Shown one piece after another: positions 1 through 8,279 of a stretch of 25,004 bases of DNA. Under the pieces are notes generated by a model. The model worked only from the letters and a program-made list of their open reading frames with translations. It did no database searches and had not been told where the DNA came from. The position numbers and the translations under genes were made by a program. The stretch's first letter is position 1; every line of letters begins with the position of its first letter. The stretch is from a virus (taxonomy: Duplodnaviria; Caudoviricetes): positions 1 through 25,004 of IMG/VR virus record IMGVR_UViG_3300020179_000166; one strand, 5' to 3'.

Positions 1-1
1 A

Positions 2-1033
2 CAGATGCTGCCGGAGGGCGTCAACCTGCGCCTGCGACTTGGAAGCCGAGGGCGTGCGGTTGTCAGAAGAACCTGCGGTCGCCACCGTTTGGGACGAAGG
101 CGGCCGGCTGGAGGAAATCACGCCAGCCTTGGCAGGCTTGTTGGCGAGCGCCTTTTTTCTCTCTATTGACTTCAAGCCCTCGATTTGGACGCCGATGATC
201 CAATCCGCTTGTGGTACATTACGGAGCCAAGGCATCTGTATGTAGGCCTGCTGGGCCGCAACGTAATCGGGCGTACTCTTGTCCTGCAAGGCTGGAAATT
301 CCTGGTAGGCAATTTTTTGGGCCTCACTACGTTGCTGCAGAAACAACTTTCGGGCAGGAATGTCATCCTCAAGCGTCTTGTCCGCGTTGATGATGATCGT
401 CGTCAGCGCCTCTTGATCCAGAACCTGATCTCCCAGTTGAATAGGCTCGAAGTTTCGTTTCGCAAGGTGCTGCTGGGCAAAGCGTTTGGCTTCCTTTGCC
501 TGTTGGGCGAGGGTGTCCAGTTGATTGATGTTCTCAATCTGGGCGAGCGGCGTACCCGTGTTGGGTGACAGAGCCATCGGGGCGTCCGGGACTTTCGTCT
601 GGGCTTCCTGCTGACTCTTGGCGATCTCCAGCTTGAGTTCGTTCAACTGAGCCTCAAGGGCCTTACGCTTGGCGACTTCCTCGCCAATACGCTTGTTGAT
701 GTTCTTCTTAACCTCTGGCGGAATCTGAGAAGGAACGGAATCATCCTCCGCTTTGGACTCCGGGCTTGCGGCCTTTTCATCCTGGGCATTGGAATTTTCG
801 ACAGACTCGGTTGGGTCCGCTTCTGTTGATGCGGGTTGTTCAGCCGTTTCGGGCTGGGCGACCTGTTCCGCGGGTGCCGTTTGTCCCTTGGCGTTCTCCG
901 CCTGCATATTAAGCAGACGTTGAGCGGCTTGGGCGACACTCAGGTTACCACTGACTTTTTCATCGGCTTTGGTTGCTTGCGCTTGAGGCGCCTCAACAGG
1001 CTGCGAAGTAGCTGTAGCTGGTTCGTTCATCAT
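2..1033 (-). CDS. probable capsid scaffolding protein (3' end runs off the window; absent from the supplied ORF track)
   Basis: Manual translation from ATG 1033 gives MMNEPATATSQPVEAPQAQ...NINKRIGEEVAKRKALEAQLNELK...QAQVDALRQHL with no stop over 344 codons. It has an acidic Ala/Pro-rich N-terminus and a coiled coil, and lies downstream of the portal. Confidence 0.75.
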   Translation of the reverse strand, partial: MMNEPATATSQPVEAPQAQATKADEKVSGNLSVAQAAQRLLNMQAENAKGQTAPAEQVAQPETAEQPASTEADPTESVENSNAQDEKAASPESKAEDDSVPSQIPPEVKKNINKRIGEEVAKRKALEAQLNELKLEIAKSQQEAQTKVPDAPMALSPNTGTPLAQIENINQLDTLAQQAKEAKRFAQQHLAKRNFEPIQLGDQVLDQEALTTIIINADKTLEDDIPARKLFLQQRSEAQKIAYQEFPALQDKSTPDYVAAQQAYIQMPWLRNVPQADWIIGVQIEGLKSIERKKALANKPAKAGVISSSRPPSSQTVATAGSSDNRTPSASKSQAQVDALRQHL

Positions 1034-1083
1034 GGGTTTAAGGCCCCCAAGGGCAGAATCATGGGTTTGACGCCCCCAAGGGC
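1029..1083. repeat. tandem 26-bp direct repeat in the scaffold gene leader
   Basis: atcatgggtttaaggcccccaagggc (1029-1054) and atcatgggtttgacgcccccaagggc (1058-1083) are 24/26 identical. Confidence 0.9.
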
Positions 1084-1123
1084 TTTACCCAGCTTTCGCC
1101 GGGCGAGATCACCGATGCAAACA

Positions 1124-1160
1124 TGACAAATGCTTGTCAATAGGTTTTTTTTCAACCTAT
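1124..1160 (-). promoter_or_regulatory. putative promoter -35 (TTGACA) with overlapping inverted repeats, upstream of the scaffold gene
   Basis: TTGACA on the minus strand at 1140-1135, TGACAA-N4-TTGTCA palindrome at 1124-1139, ATAGGTT/AACCTAT inverted repeat at 1140-1160. The -10 element is not canonical. Confidence 0.4.
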
Positions 1161-1435
1161 GATTGAGCGTCCGCTTCGGTCATCCGGGTGATGACAAAGT
1201 CATCATACAAATTGATGATGGCCTCGTAGGCGCGGAGTTCGCCCACCGCCGTGGTGGTCAGGCGTTCGTCCTTGATCACGGCGTCATTCATCAGATCGAC
1301 CATCGTGTTGTGCTGGATGTCGCGCAGGGCCTCGACAAAGTCCTGGAAGGCATCATTGCCGATCAGCCGCTGCACCGAGGTCTTCAGTTGCTCGGTGCGT
1401 TCAAAGGGGGTGAGGAGCAGTTGTTTTCTTCGCAT
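1157..1435 (-). CDS. small conserved post-portal head-module protein (92 aa)
   Basis: ATG at 1435 overlaps the portal stop (TGATG). Helical sequence MRRKQLLLTPFERTEQLK... This is the real part of track ORF 1157..1858. Confidence 0.75.
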   Translation of the reverse strand: MRRKQLLLTPFERTEQLKTSVQRLIGNDAFQDFVEALRDIQHNTMVDLMNDAVIKDERLTTTAVGELRAYEAIINLYDDFVITRMTEADAQS

Positions 1436-3582
1436 CAGGTCGAGGTGGTGGCGGGCATCGGACCCGGCATGGCGGCGCCAAAGCGGCCAATGGTGGCGTT
1501 TTGCTGCTGTTGCATCTGGAACTGGTACTGCTTGGCGCGGGCGTCCAAACGGTCCTTGAAGGCGGCGTCCGAGGCGTAACGCTGCTGCACGTCGGGCTGC
1601 TGCAAGTACTGCTGCATCACCTGCAGACCAAGTTGCGGCGGCGTGCCGATGCGGATGTTTTTCGGTATCCCGGCAAAGATCTGCGCCAGATCCTGCTGCT
1701 CGTCGTTGACCACCTGCTGCTGGCCGGTCTTGGCCGGGCGGACGATGCGCTCCGCAATGTTGGGATCGATGGAGGAGACGAAGGATTGGAACAGGGCGCC
1801 CCAATCGCAGACGCCCTCGCGGTCGAGGGATTGGGCGCCTTGGATGATGGCACTCCATTTCTCCGACATCATCTTGAAGTCGGTGCTCTGCACGTCCCAG
1901 GAGAGGTAGAAATCAAACTCCTCGTTCACGTCCCCCTTGTTGAAGATCATGGTCTCGGCGTCCTTGACGCCCATGACGCGGAAGACGATCTGCTCGCTGC
2001 CGTACTGTTTGTACAACTTCCAGATCTGCCGGAAGCTCTTCGCCAAACAATTGAGGAATTTATTGACCTCAAACTGGTTGTAGATCGGGTCGATGGCCGG
2101 ATCTCCCTTGGAGGCGGCAAAACCGTTGTATTCCTTGAAGGAGGACTCCAGCAGCGCCTCGGAATTCTCCGTGTTCATGTCGGGGATCGGCCGGTCGGCG
2201 TAGTGGTACTCGTTGGGCCGGCGCTCGGAGATCATCGCCCCCGGACCCCAGCGGCCCGGCGGGCGTCCCTGCGGGTAGCAGATGGGGGGCAAGACACCCA
2301 GCGATGCGGCGTCGATGCGGGAGTCCTTGTGCGCCTTGATCTGATCCTGCCAGCACTTGCCCGGCTCCGGCACGCCGCGGGAGTCGTGCAGTTTGCGCGA
2401 CAGGTACTCGCGCCGGTAGAGCACGAACGGATACTCGCCGTGCGCGTAGCCCAGCAGACCCGTCTTGGCGAATCCCGATTGGGTTTCGCTGGGCGGCATC
2501 TGGGGGTTGAAGACGGTGCAATAGATGCCGGGGACGCCGTCCTCGTCGGACAGCCGCTGGTAGGCGTAGACCACCCCGATCTTGTCGGTGAAACGCTGCT
2601 GGGTGTAGACGAAGGAGCGGCTGATGGGCTGGAGGTACTCGGAGGGACTGAGCGTGATCAGACGCCCGCGCTGGGTCTCGATGGCCTTTTCCACCCAATC
2701 CTTGTCCCAGCCGTCATCCTGCACCAATTGCCGCATCTGCTCGGCGGTAAAGTATTCCACGCGGTAGATGCCGGGCACGCGCTCCAGATCAAGCGAGAAG
2801 GAGGGGACAAACAGGTTCTCATCGAGGTTGAAGGCGCGCATGACCGGGAAACTGCGCTCCGGGCCATCCATCGGCACCGAGGTCTCGCCGGTCTTCCGCA
2901 ACTCGCGCAGCATGGTGCCGGCTTTCTGGCGGGAGCAGCCGTACTGCTCCTCGAAGATGCTCTTCAAATCGTTCTCCGCGCCCTTGTCATTGATCAGCGC
3001 GGTGATGTCGATCTCGGGGAACTGCACCTGCAGATCCTCCATCCGCACGTTGACCAGCGTCTTCTCGCGGCGCTTCTCATAGAACTGCCCCATCACCGCC
3101 AGGCCCTTCTCGTTGATGTAATTGGCGGCGATCTCGATCTCGCGTTGGATTTCGGGAATTTGCGTCTGGATCAGCCAGCGCATGAAGTTGGTCACCAGCA
3201 CCGAGCGGCCCATGTCGTTGGTGCCCACCGGCACCGCCACCAGATTGGCCCGCTGGAAGGCCATGCACTGCATCGCCACCTTCTTGTTGATGATGTTGTC
3301 AACGAGGAAGACGCGCAGGTCCGAGGCGCCGTCCCAGGGCGTGGGGCTGGTCTTGCTGCCCTCGCGGGCGTGTTTCTTGCCATCGGCGGACTGGCCGTTC
3401 CAGATCGCGTACCGGGTCTCGTAGTTGCAACGGCACTGGTCAACGTAGGGCTGGTTGTCGCGCACGCAGTCCTCGAAGGCCTTGACCAGGGTGTTGAAAT
3501 CGGGGCCGGAATCGCCAACGGGGGCTAGTTGCAGGCCGGGGTCGTTGGGGACGGAGGTGTTGAGGGAGTCAATGGAACTCAT
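1435..3582 (-). CDS. portal protein (P22-like)
   Basis: 715 aa directly after terL. Has PWDGASD, GEYPFV...RE and SRGVPE...Q motifs and a Gln-rich C-terminal tail. Confidence 0.85.
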   Translation of the reverse strand: MSSIDSLNTSVPNDPGLQLAPVGDSGPDFNTLVKAFEDCVRDNQPYVDQCRCNYETRYAIWNGQSADGKKHAREGSKTSPTPWDGASDLRVFLVDNIINKKVAMQCMAFQRANLVAVPVGTNDMGRSVLVTNFMRWLIQTQIPEIQREIEIAANYINEKGLAVMGQFYEKRREKTLVNVRMEDLQVQFPEIDITALINDKGAENDLKSIFEEQYGCSRQKAGTMLRELRKTGETSVPMDGPERSFPVMRAFNLDENLFVPSFSLDLERVPGIYRVEYFTAEQMRQLVQDDGWDKDWVEKAIETQRGRLITLSPSEYLQPISRSFVYTQQRFTDKIGVVYAYQRLSDEDGVPGIYCTVFNPQMPPSETQSGFAKTGLLGYAHGEYPFVLYRREYLSRKLHDSRGVPEPGKCWQDQIKAHKDSRIDAASLGVLPPICYPQGRPPGRWGPGAMISERRPNEYHYADRPIPDMNTENSEALLESSFKEYNGFAASKGDPAIDPIYNQFEVNKFLNCLAKSFRQIWKLYKQYGSEQIVFRVMGVKDAETMIFNKGDVNEEFDFYLSWDVQSTDFKMMSEKWSAIIQGAQSLDREGVCDWGALFQSFVSSIDPNIAERIVRPAKTGQQQVVNDEQQDLAQIFAGIPKNIRIGTPPQLGLQVMQQYLQQPDVQQRYASDAAFKDRLDARAKQYQFQMQQQQNATIGRFGAAMPGPMPATTST

Positions 3583-3621
3583 TGCAAGCGCCCCTTATTG
3601 CCAACGGCGTCAACTAGCAAG

Positions 3622-5262
3622 TCAATAGCTCCAAGTCCGGTCATTTCCCGCCGGCACGGCCTGCGGATCAACAAACCCGCAGTTGGCGACCAGCAGGTAG
3701 CGCAGGCAGTCCACCGGGTCCTTGGTCGCCTCGTCCTTGCCGCCGCGGGCGGTGTACTCCTGCATCGAGTAAATGAGGTTCTGGCAGCGGTCCGAGATGT
3801 AAAGCCGGGGTCCGTTCAAGGCGGAGATCGGCTGCTGGTCGTTGTAGGCGAGCAGGCTGTTGATCAATTGCAGGCCGTTCTCGATCTCCACGCCGGGGGC
3901 GGGGATGCAGGTCATTCCGGCTTCGTCCAGCTCCGAGATGATGGTGGTGGCCCCTTCAGCGGACTGTCTTTCGGCGGCGCCCAGTCGCGGATCAATGTAT
4001 CTTTCCTGAACCGGCTCACCGTTCTCACAATTTTCGATAAGTTCGACGTAGTCACGGATGCCGCGCTTGGAGCCTTTTTGCGCCGGCCCCGGCTTGCCCT
4101 CCAAATTTGATCCGGGCAGCGCCCAGTCGTCGTAGTCGGGCCATTCACGGTACACCCACCAGGTGCCGGCGGCGTCGATGGCGACCCAGAGCATGAACCA
4201 GTTCTTGGAACCCGCCGGGTCCAGAGCCATGTAACGGGTGACCTGATAGTTTGGATCACGAACAAAAGGAAGCGTTTCATGGGGGATGACGTTGACCTCT
4301 TTGTTGAAGCCGGGAAAAACGGAAGTGATGGATTTGGTGGGGATGCCATAGGCGCGGGCCAGCACCTCCTCGCGGGGGCGCCCCGCCAGCTTGGCGACGA
4401 AGTCTTGCGTATCAAGGAAAGCGTTGTCCTCCGTCCAGAAATAATAGATCGCGGTGTCGGGGCGGGAAATGGACTCCTGCAGGATGGGCAGTTCCTTGCC
4501 CACCAGCGGGGCGAACCTTTTTTTCAGCGTGCGCGTCTTGCCCAGCAGATCCTGCACAAGCGGGGTCCAGCCGGTGAGGGTGGTGAAGGTGAGCAAAATG
4601 CGCCCGTGCAAGTCCACCGTGCGGTACTGCAGCGTCTCAAACATCCTTTGCGGGCATTCCTCGTCGCACCAGATCAGATGCGCCTTGTATCCCTCCGCCA
4701 CCTGCGCGTCCTGCTGGTAACTGCGGTAGTGGCTGAACTTGATCGCCCCGCCCTTGTGGCCGGGCTTGACCGGGGGCAGAATGCAGATGTTGTCCGTGAA
4801 CCCGTTCTTCTGGCTGTACTGCACGGAGTGGTTCAGTCCCTTCTTGGTGGGCAGATTGCGGATGCCCAGCGGCAGCCCGTCGTAGACCATCTGCTGCTGA
4901 TCCTCGATGGAGCGGTTCTCGTTGACGTGATAGGCGCGGATTTCCGCCGAGGGAATGGTGGCGGCGGCCCAGACGCACATCCGGCTGGCGAAAATTGATT
5001 TAGAGGAGCGGTTGCCGCCCAGAATGACGTGGTTCTTGTATTTGTGCCAGTTGTTCATCACCTCCTGCCACATCGGCAGCGACCAGCCGGCGCCCACGGG
5101 ATTGTCGATCGCCTGGGCGTTGCGTTGCTCGCGGAAAACCATGTATTCCGTCAGTTTTTCCCGCGGCCACTTCATCAGTTCCGCGGCAAGCGGCATCGGC
5201 ACCCAGGGAATGCCGAAGGCGGGCTGAAAATCGTCGGCAAAGTAGACGTTACCAATGGGCAT
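3622..5262 (-). CDS. terL: terminase large subunit
   Basis: Walker A-like ILGGNRSSKS, Walker B LIWCDEE, coupling motif LTFT, and RNase H-like nuclease motifs MALDPAG and KDPVDCLRY. Confidence 0.93.
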   Translation of the reverse strand: MPIGNVYFADDFQPAFGIPWVPMPLAAELMKWPREKLTEYMVFREQRNAQAIDNPVGAGWSLPMWQEVMNNWHKYKNHVILGGNRSSKSIFASRMCVWAAATIPSAEIRAYHVNENRSIEDQQQMVYDGLPLGIRNLPTKKGLNHSVQYSQKNGFTDNICILPPVKPGHKGGAIKFSHYRSYQQDAQVAEGYKAHLIWCDEECPQRMFETLQYRTVDLHGRILLTFTTLTGWTPLVQDLLGKTRTLKKRFAPLVGKELPILQESISRPDTAIYYFWTEDNAFLDTQDFVAKLAGRPREEVLARAYGIPTKSITSVFPGFNKEVNVIPHETLPFVRDPNYQVTRYMALDPAGSKNWFMLWVAIDAAGTWWVYREWPDYDDWALPGSNLEGKPGPAQKGSKRGIRDYVELIENCENGEPVQERYIDPRLGAAERQSAEGATTIISELDEAGMTCIPAPGVEIENGLQLINSLLAYNDQQPISALNGPRLYISDRCQNLIYSMQEYTARGGKDEATKDPVDCLRYLLVANCGFVDPQAVPAGNDRTWSY

Positions 5263-5351
5263 GACAAAAGGCTGTTGGCGCGGCCGGCCGCGGATGGCGA
5301 TGTCAAAGTTGGGCTGGACTCGGACTGATTCAAGAAATAATCCTTTTGGTC

Positions 5352-6251
5352 ATGACGCCGAAGAAAATCCTTATTGCCACGCCGCTGAAGGGCCAAATCC
5401 CCACCAGTTACTTCCAAAACAGCCTCAAGCTGGCGGTGGAACACCTGCCCGGCATCAAACTTGACTGGTGCCTGCTGGAAGGCCCCGCCGTGCATCAGGC
5501 CCGCAACGAACTGGTGGCCCACGCCCGGCGCAATCAATTCGACGAGTTGGTTTTCTGGGACAAGGATCTGCTGTGCGAGCAGGAGGGCAAAGACGTGACC
5601 TCAGGGGCGATGATCCGGCTGCTCAGTCACAACGTGGACATGGTCTGCGGCATCTACAGCACCCGGTCACTGAAGACCCACTGGCACGGGCACCTGATCG
5701 CGGACGAGAAACCGGACCAGGACGGGCTGCAAAAGGTAAGCCGCTCCGCCCTTGGTTTCTCCAAGATCAAGATGAGCGTCTTCAAACGCATCGAGGAAAG
5801 GAACCCCTGGCGCAAAGGCGTGCTGGTGGACCCCAACCATCCGCCGCACGCCATGACGGAGTTCTTCCCCATGGGGCTGAAGGGGCCGGACACGCCGGAG
5901 GCGCGGCTGAACTCCATTCTGGAGGCGCTGGAACAACCGGCCAAGAGCCCGGAGATCATGGTGCAGCGCATCCAGCGCCTCGCCACCATCCCCTACGACC
6001 AGCCCAATGTCTTTGTCAGCGAAGACTACTGGTTCTGCGATCTGGCACGCAGTGCAGGCATCGACATCCACCTCGATACCAACCTGGTTCTGAGCCACCT
6101 CGGCACCATCGCCTTCCCGATTGAAACCCCGGAACTGCTCGAAATCCTCTCCGAACCCTGGCGCAAGGATGAAATCAGGTCAATCCGCGAACAACTGCTT
6201 AAATCCAAAGCCAGCAAGACCTGCGAGCAGGCTACGCATCCCGCAAATTGA
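5352..6251 (+). CDS. GT-A fold (GT2-like) glycosyltransferase
   Basis: KILIATP, VHQARNELV, LVFWDKD (DxD), SEDYWFC and IHLDTNLVLSHLG motifs. ATG 5352 preferred over the track start at 5346. Confidence 0.8.
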   Translation: MTPKKILIATPLKGQIPTSYFQNSLKLAVEHLPGIKLDWCLLEGPAVHQARNELVAHARRNQFDELVFWDKDLLCEQEGKDVTSGAMIRLLSHNVDMVCGIYSTRSLKTHWHGHLIADEKPDQDGLQKVSRSALGFSKIKMSVFKRIEERNPWRKGVLVDPNHPPHAMTEFFPMGLKGPDTPEARLNSILEALEQPAKSPEIMVQRIQRLATIPYDQPNVFVSEDYWFCDLARSAGIDIHLDTNLVLSHLGTIAFPIETPELLEILSEPWRKDEIRSIREQLLKSKASKTCEQATHPAN

Positions 6252-6813
6252 CCGGCGGCTGCTCCAGATCCTGCACCTGCCCACCCTCACCCGCCGTCAG
6301 ATCCACCGGCTCGGACGCAGCAACCGCAAAATCCGCCGCGGGCGTCTCCGCAACCTCAACCGGCGCGGACACCAAGGCATCCTGCGGGGCAATCAGTGAC
6401 TGGCCGGTCAGCTTGGCGACAATCTCCTCCTTGCTCATCGCCCCGTAGTTGTTGACCTGGATATTGACGTTGGCCGCCTGGGTGGCGTTCAAACCCTGCA
6501 ACCGCTGACGCTTGTCAATCGCAACCGACAGGTTGAAACCCAGACTGTTGAGCGGGGTGTCGTCCACCGTCTCCAGCATCCGGTCCAAGATCTTGTCCGC
6601 CAGATTGTCCAGTTTGGACATCAGGCGGCTGTTGAACTCCTCCACGCTCATACCCACCACCCTCTGCAAGACAGCGCGATCATTCTTGGAAACCTCCCTA
6701 AGTTGGGGATGCCGGACAAGCCCGACCCCTCCGGTCTCCAATGTGGCCTGGGCGACGGCATTGATGAGTTTCTGGGGTTGATAGGTGCGATTGGGTCCAG
6801 ACTTGCGTTTCAT
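6232..6813 (-). CDS. terS: probable terminase small subunit
   Basis: 193 aa upstream of terL on the same strand. Two long helices are followed by NVNIQVNNYGAMSKEEIVAKL, typical of TerS C-termini. Confidence 0.6.
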   Translation of the reverse strand: MKRKSGPNRTYQPQKLINAVAQATLETGGVGLVRHPQLREVSKNDRAVLQRVVGMSVEEFNSRLMSKLDNLADKILDRMLETVDDTPLNSLGFNLSVAIDKRQRLQGLNATQAANVNIQVNNYGAMSKEEIVAKLTGQSLIAPQDALVSAPVEVAETPAADFAVAASEPVDLTAGEGGQVQDLEQPPVNLRDA

Positions 6814-7769
6814 CGGTTGTAGGCGGCGTAAGCCTCCCGCCTGGCCCGCTCCATAAAGTCCTCCGCCGCCGGATGCGTCAACTCGTCTTCGGTGGCAACT
6901 TTCACGTCCTCAGTGGCAACTTCCCCGGTTTCGGCAGCAACTTTTGTCTCCGACGCAGGATCAGGCCTGGGAGCCGGATACGCCAACTTCCCCACAATCC
7001 GCCACTCATCATCCCGCCCATCCGCACTCGTCCAAACCAACTCCACCATCACCCGATCCTGCGGATGCAACACCCACCCCCCAACCTCCGCCTTTGTCCA
7101 CCTCCCATCCACCTGCACCTCCACATACCACTTGTTACGACACCGCTGACCCACCACCCCCAACTTCACCCCAACACCCAAATTGGGTAAATTTCCCCAC
7201 TGATCAACAACGGAAATATCTGACGTAAGTACTTGCCCCACCCCAAAAGACGAAATTGGTGCTTGCAAGGACGCTTCGCCACCACTACACGGCAAGCCGC
7301 CCGCCCCAGACCCCACCTCACCCCCTCCACCCCCCTCATCAGCTAAAGCTGCTACAGCCAAACCCTCCCCCACCTCAACCGCACCCAACTGCAAATTTTG
7401 AGGTGCAGGAGCAGATATATCACAATTGTTAGGCGCGGGGGGCGGCGTGACCCCCTCCCCCCCGGCGGGCAAGCTGGCAAGGGCATCAGCGACCAGGGCA
7501 GGGCTGGCAGGGGCGGCCGGGGGGCAGGCGGCCGGGGCGGGAGCCGGGGCAGGGGGCGGGGGCAGGCGGTGCAGGGCGGCCCACCGCTCCGCCTCGGCTA
7601 GGCGGCCGGCGGCCAGCAGGCGGCGAAGCCACACCCGGCGGCCCTGCAGCACCCGGCGGGAGGGCCGGCCACCCTTGGCACCCCACCTTTGGGCCTGCGA
7701 CCGTTCCGCCTGGCCTGCTTCTGGCATAAGGTTATTTGCTGCGGTGGGGTGAGGGGCGGGAGAGGTCAT
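6810..7769 (-). CDS. hypothetical protein with low-complexity Pro/Ala/Gly linker and beta-rich C-terminal domain
   Basis: Stop overlaps the terS ATG (ATGA). N-terminal GAKGGRP motif and C-terminal RCRNKWYVEVQVDGRW segment. The start (ATG 7769) is uncertain. Confidence 0.5.
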   Translation of the reverse strand: MTSPAPHPTAANNLMPEAGQAERSQAQRWGAKGGRPSRRVLQGRRVWLRRLLAAGRLAEAERWAALHRLPPPPAPAPAPAACPPAAPASPALVADALASLPAGGEGVTPPPAPNNCDISAPAPQNLQLGAVEVGEGLAVAALADEGGGGGEVGSGAGGLPCSGGEASLQAPISSFGVGQVLTSDISVVDQWGNLPNLGVGVKLGVVGQRCRNKWYVEVQVDGRWTKAEVGGWVLHPQDRVMVELVWTSADGRDDEWRIVGKLAYPAPRPDPASETKVAAETGEVATEDVKVATEDELTHPAAEDFMERARREAYAAYNR

Positions 7770-7817
7770 AAGGGAATTGCAAACCGGGGGAACGGGGGGG
7801 AGCAAGAAAAAGCAGAA

Positions 7818-7834
7818 GGCGCATAGTTTGCGCT
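7818..7834. promoter_or_regulatory. operator-like palindrome copy 1 (GGCGCATAGTTTGCGCT)
   Basis: Matches GGCGCA-N5-TGCGCY. Intergenic between divergent genes and abuts a -35 box. Confidence 0.7.
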
Positions 7835-7862
7835 TGCTTAGTGAGGGGAAGGTGGCCACGGT
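7834..7862 (+). promoter_or_regulatory. putative sigma70-type promoter for a leaderless early transcript
   Basis: TTGCTT-17 bp-CACGGT, then 6 nt to the GTG start at 7869. Confidence 0.5.
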
Positions 7863-7868
7863 GACGGC

Positions 7869-8120
7869 GTGAACCACAACAACACCGATACCCTCACCTC
7901 CCGCGATGTCGTCCGAAACGCCCTCTATAGGGCGTGCGAAACCCTGCATCTCACGTTCAGCGCCTGGCGCACGTTCCCCGAAAAAACTTGGGTGAAGCTG
8001 GCCGCCATTCACGCCGAGGCAGCCACCGTGCATCTCACGCCGAGCGCCACGGACGCCGAGCTGGCCGCGCAGCTGGCCAAGGTGAACCGGACGCTGCGGA
8101 AGTTGGGGGTTGCCTCATGA
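7869..8120 (+). CDS. hypothetical early protein
   Basis: 83 aa, GTG start behind the promoter. Stop overlaps the next ATG. Confidence 0.65.
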   Translation: MNHNNTDTLTSRDVVRNALYRACETLHLTFSAWRTFPEKTWVKLAAIHAEAATVHLTPSATDAELAAQLAKVNRTLRKLGVAS

Positions 8121-8260
8121 GCCGTCCGTGCCTCGGCCGCGTGGCCATCCCCTCACGCTCCCGCCGGCCGGACCCATTCCGGCAAGGCCTTCTGGTCGGC
8201 TTCCTCACCGCGGCCGTTCCCGCTCTCATCGGCTTCCTCCTCTGCCTCACCTTCCCCTAA
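8117..8260 (+). CDS. small membrane protein (47 aa)
   Basis: ATGA overlap with the upstream gene. C-terminal hydrophobic helix GLLVGFLTAAVPALIGFLLCL. Confidence 0.6.
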   Translation: MSRPCLGRVAIPSRSRRPDPFRQGLLVGFLTAAVPALIGFLLCLTFP

Positions 8261-8279
8261 ACCTTCATCCCCTGACAAA

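Noticed and set aside
1029-1083. Possible mini-CRISPR, or resemblance to the start of the T7 terminator (CCCTTGGGG)
   Set aside because: Only two units with a 3-nt gap, no spacer-length sequence, and no matching stem or U-tract.
1501-3528. 675-aa plus-strand ORF opposite the portal (and similar antisense ORFs opposite terL, the exonuclease and the SSB)
   Set aside because: Shadow frames caused by high GC3 codon bias. No recognisable motifs.
7770-8033. N-terminal extension of track ORF 6810..8033
   Set aside because: Overlaps the divergent early promoter, operator and gene 7869..8120.
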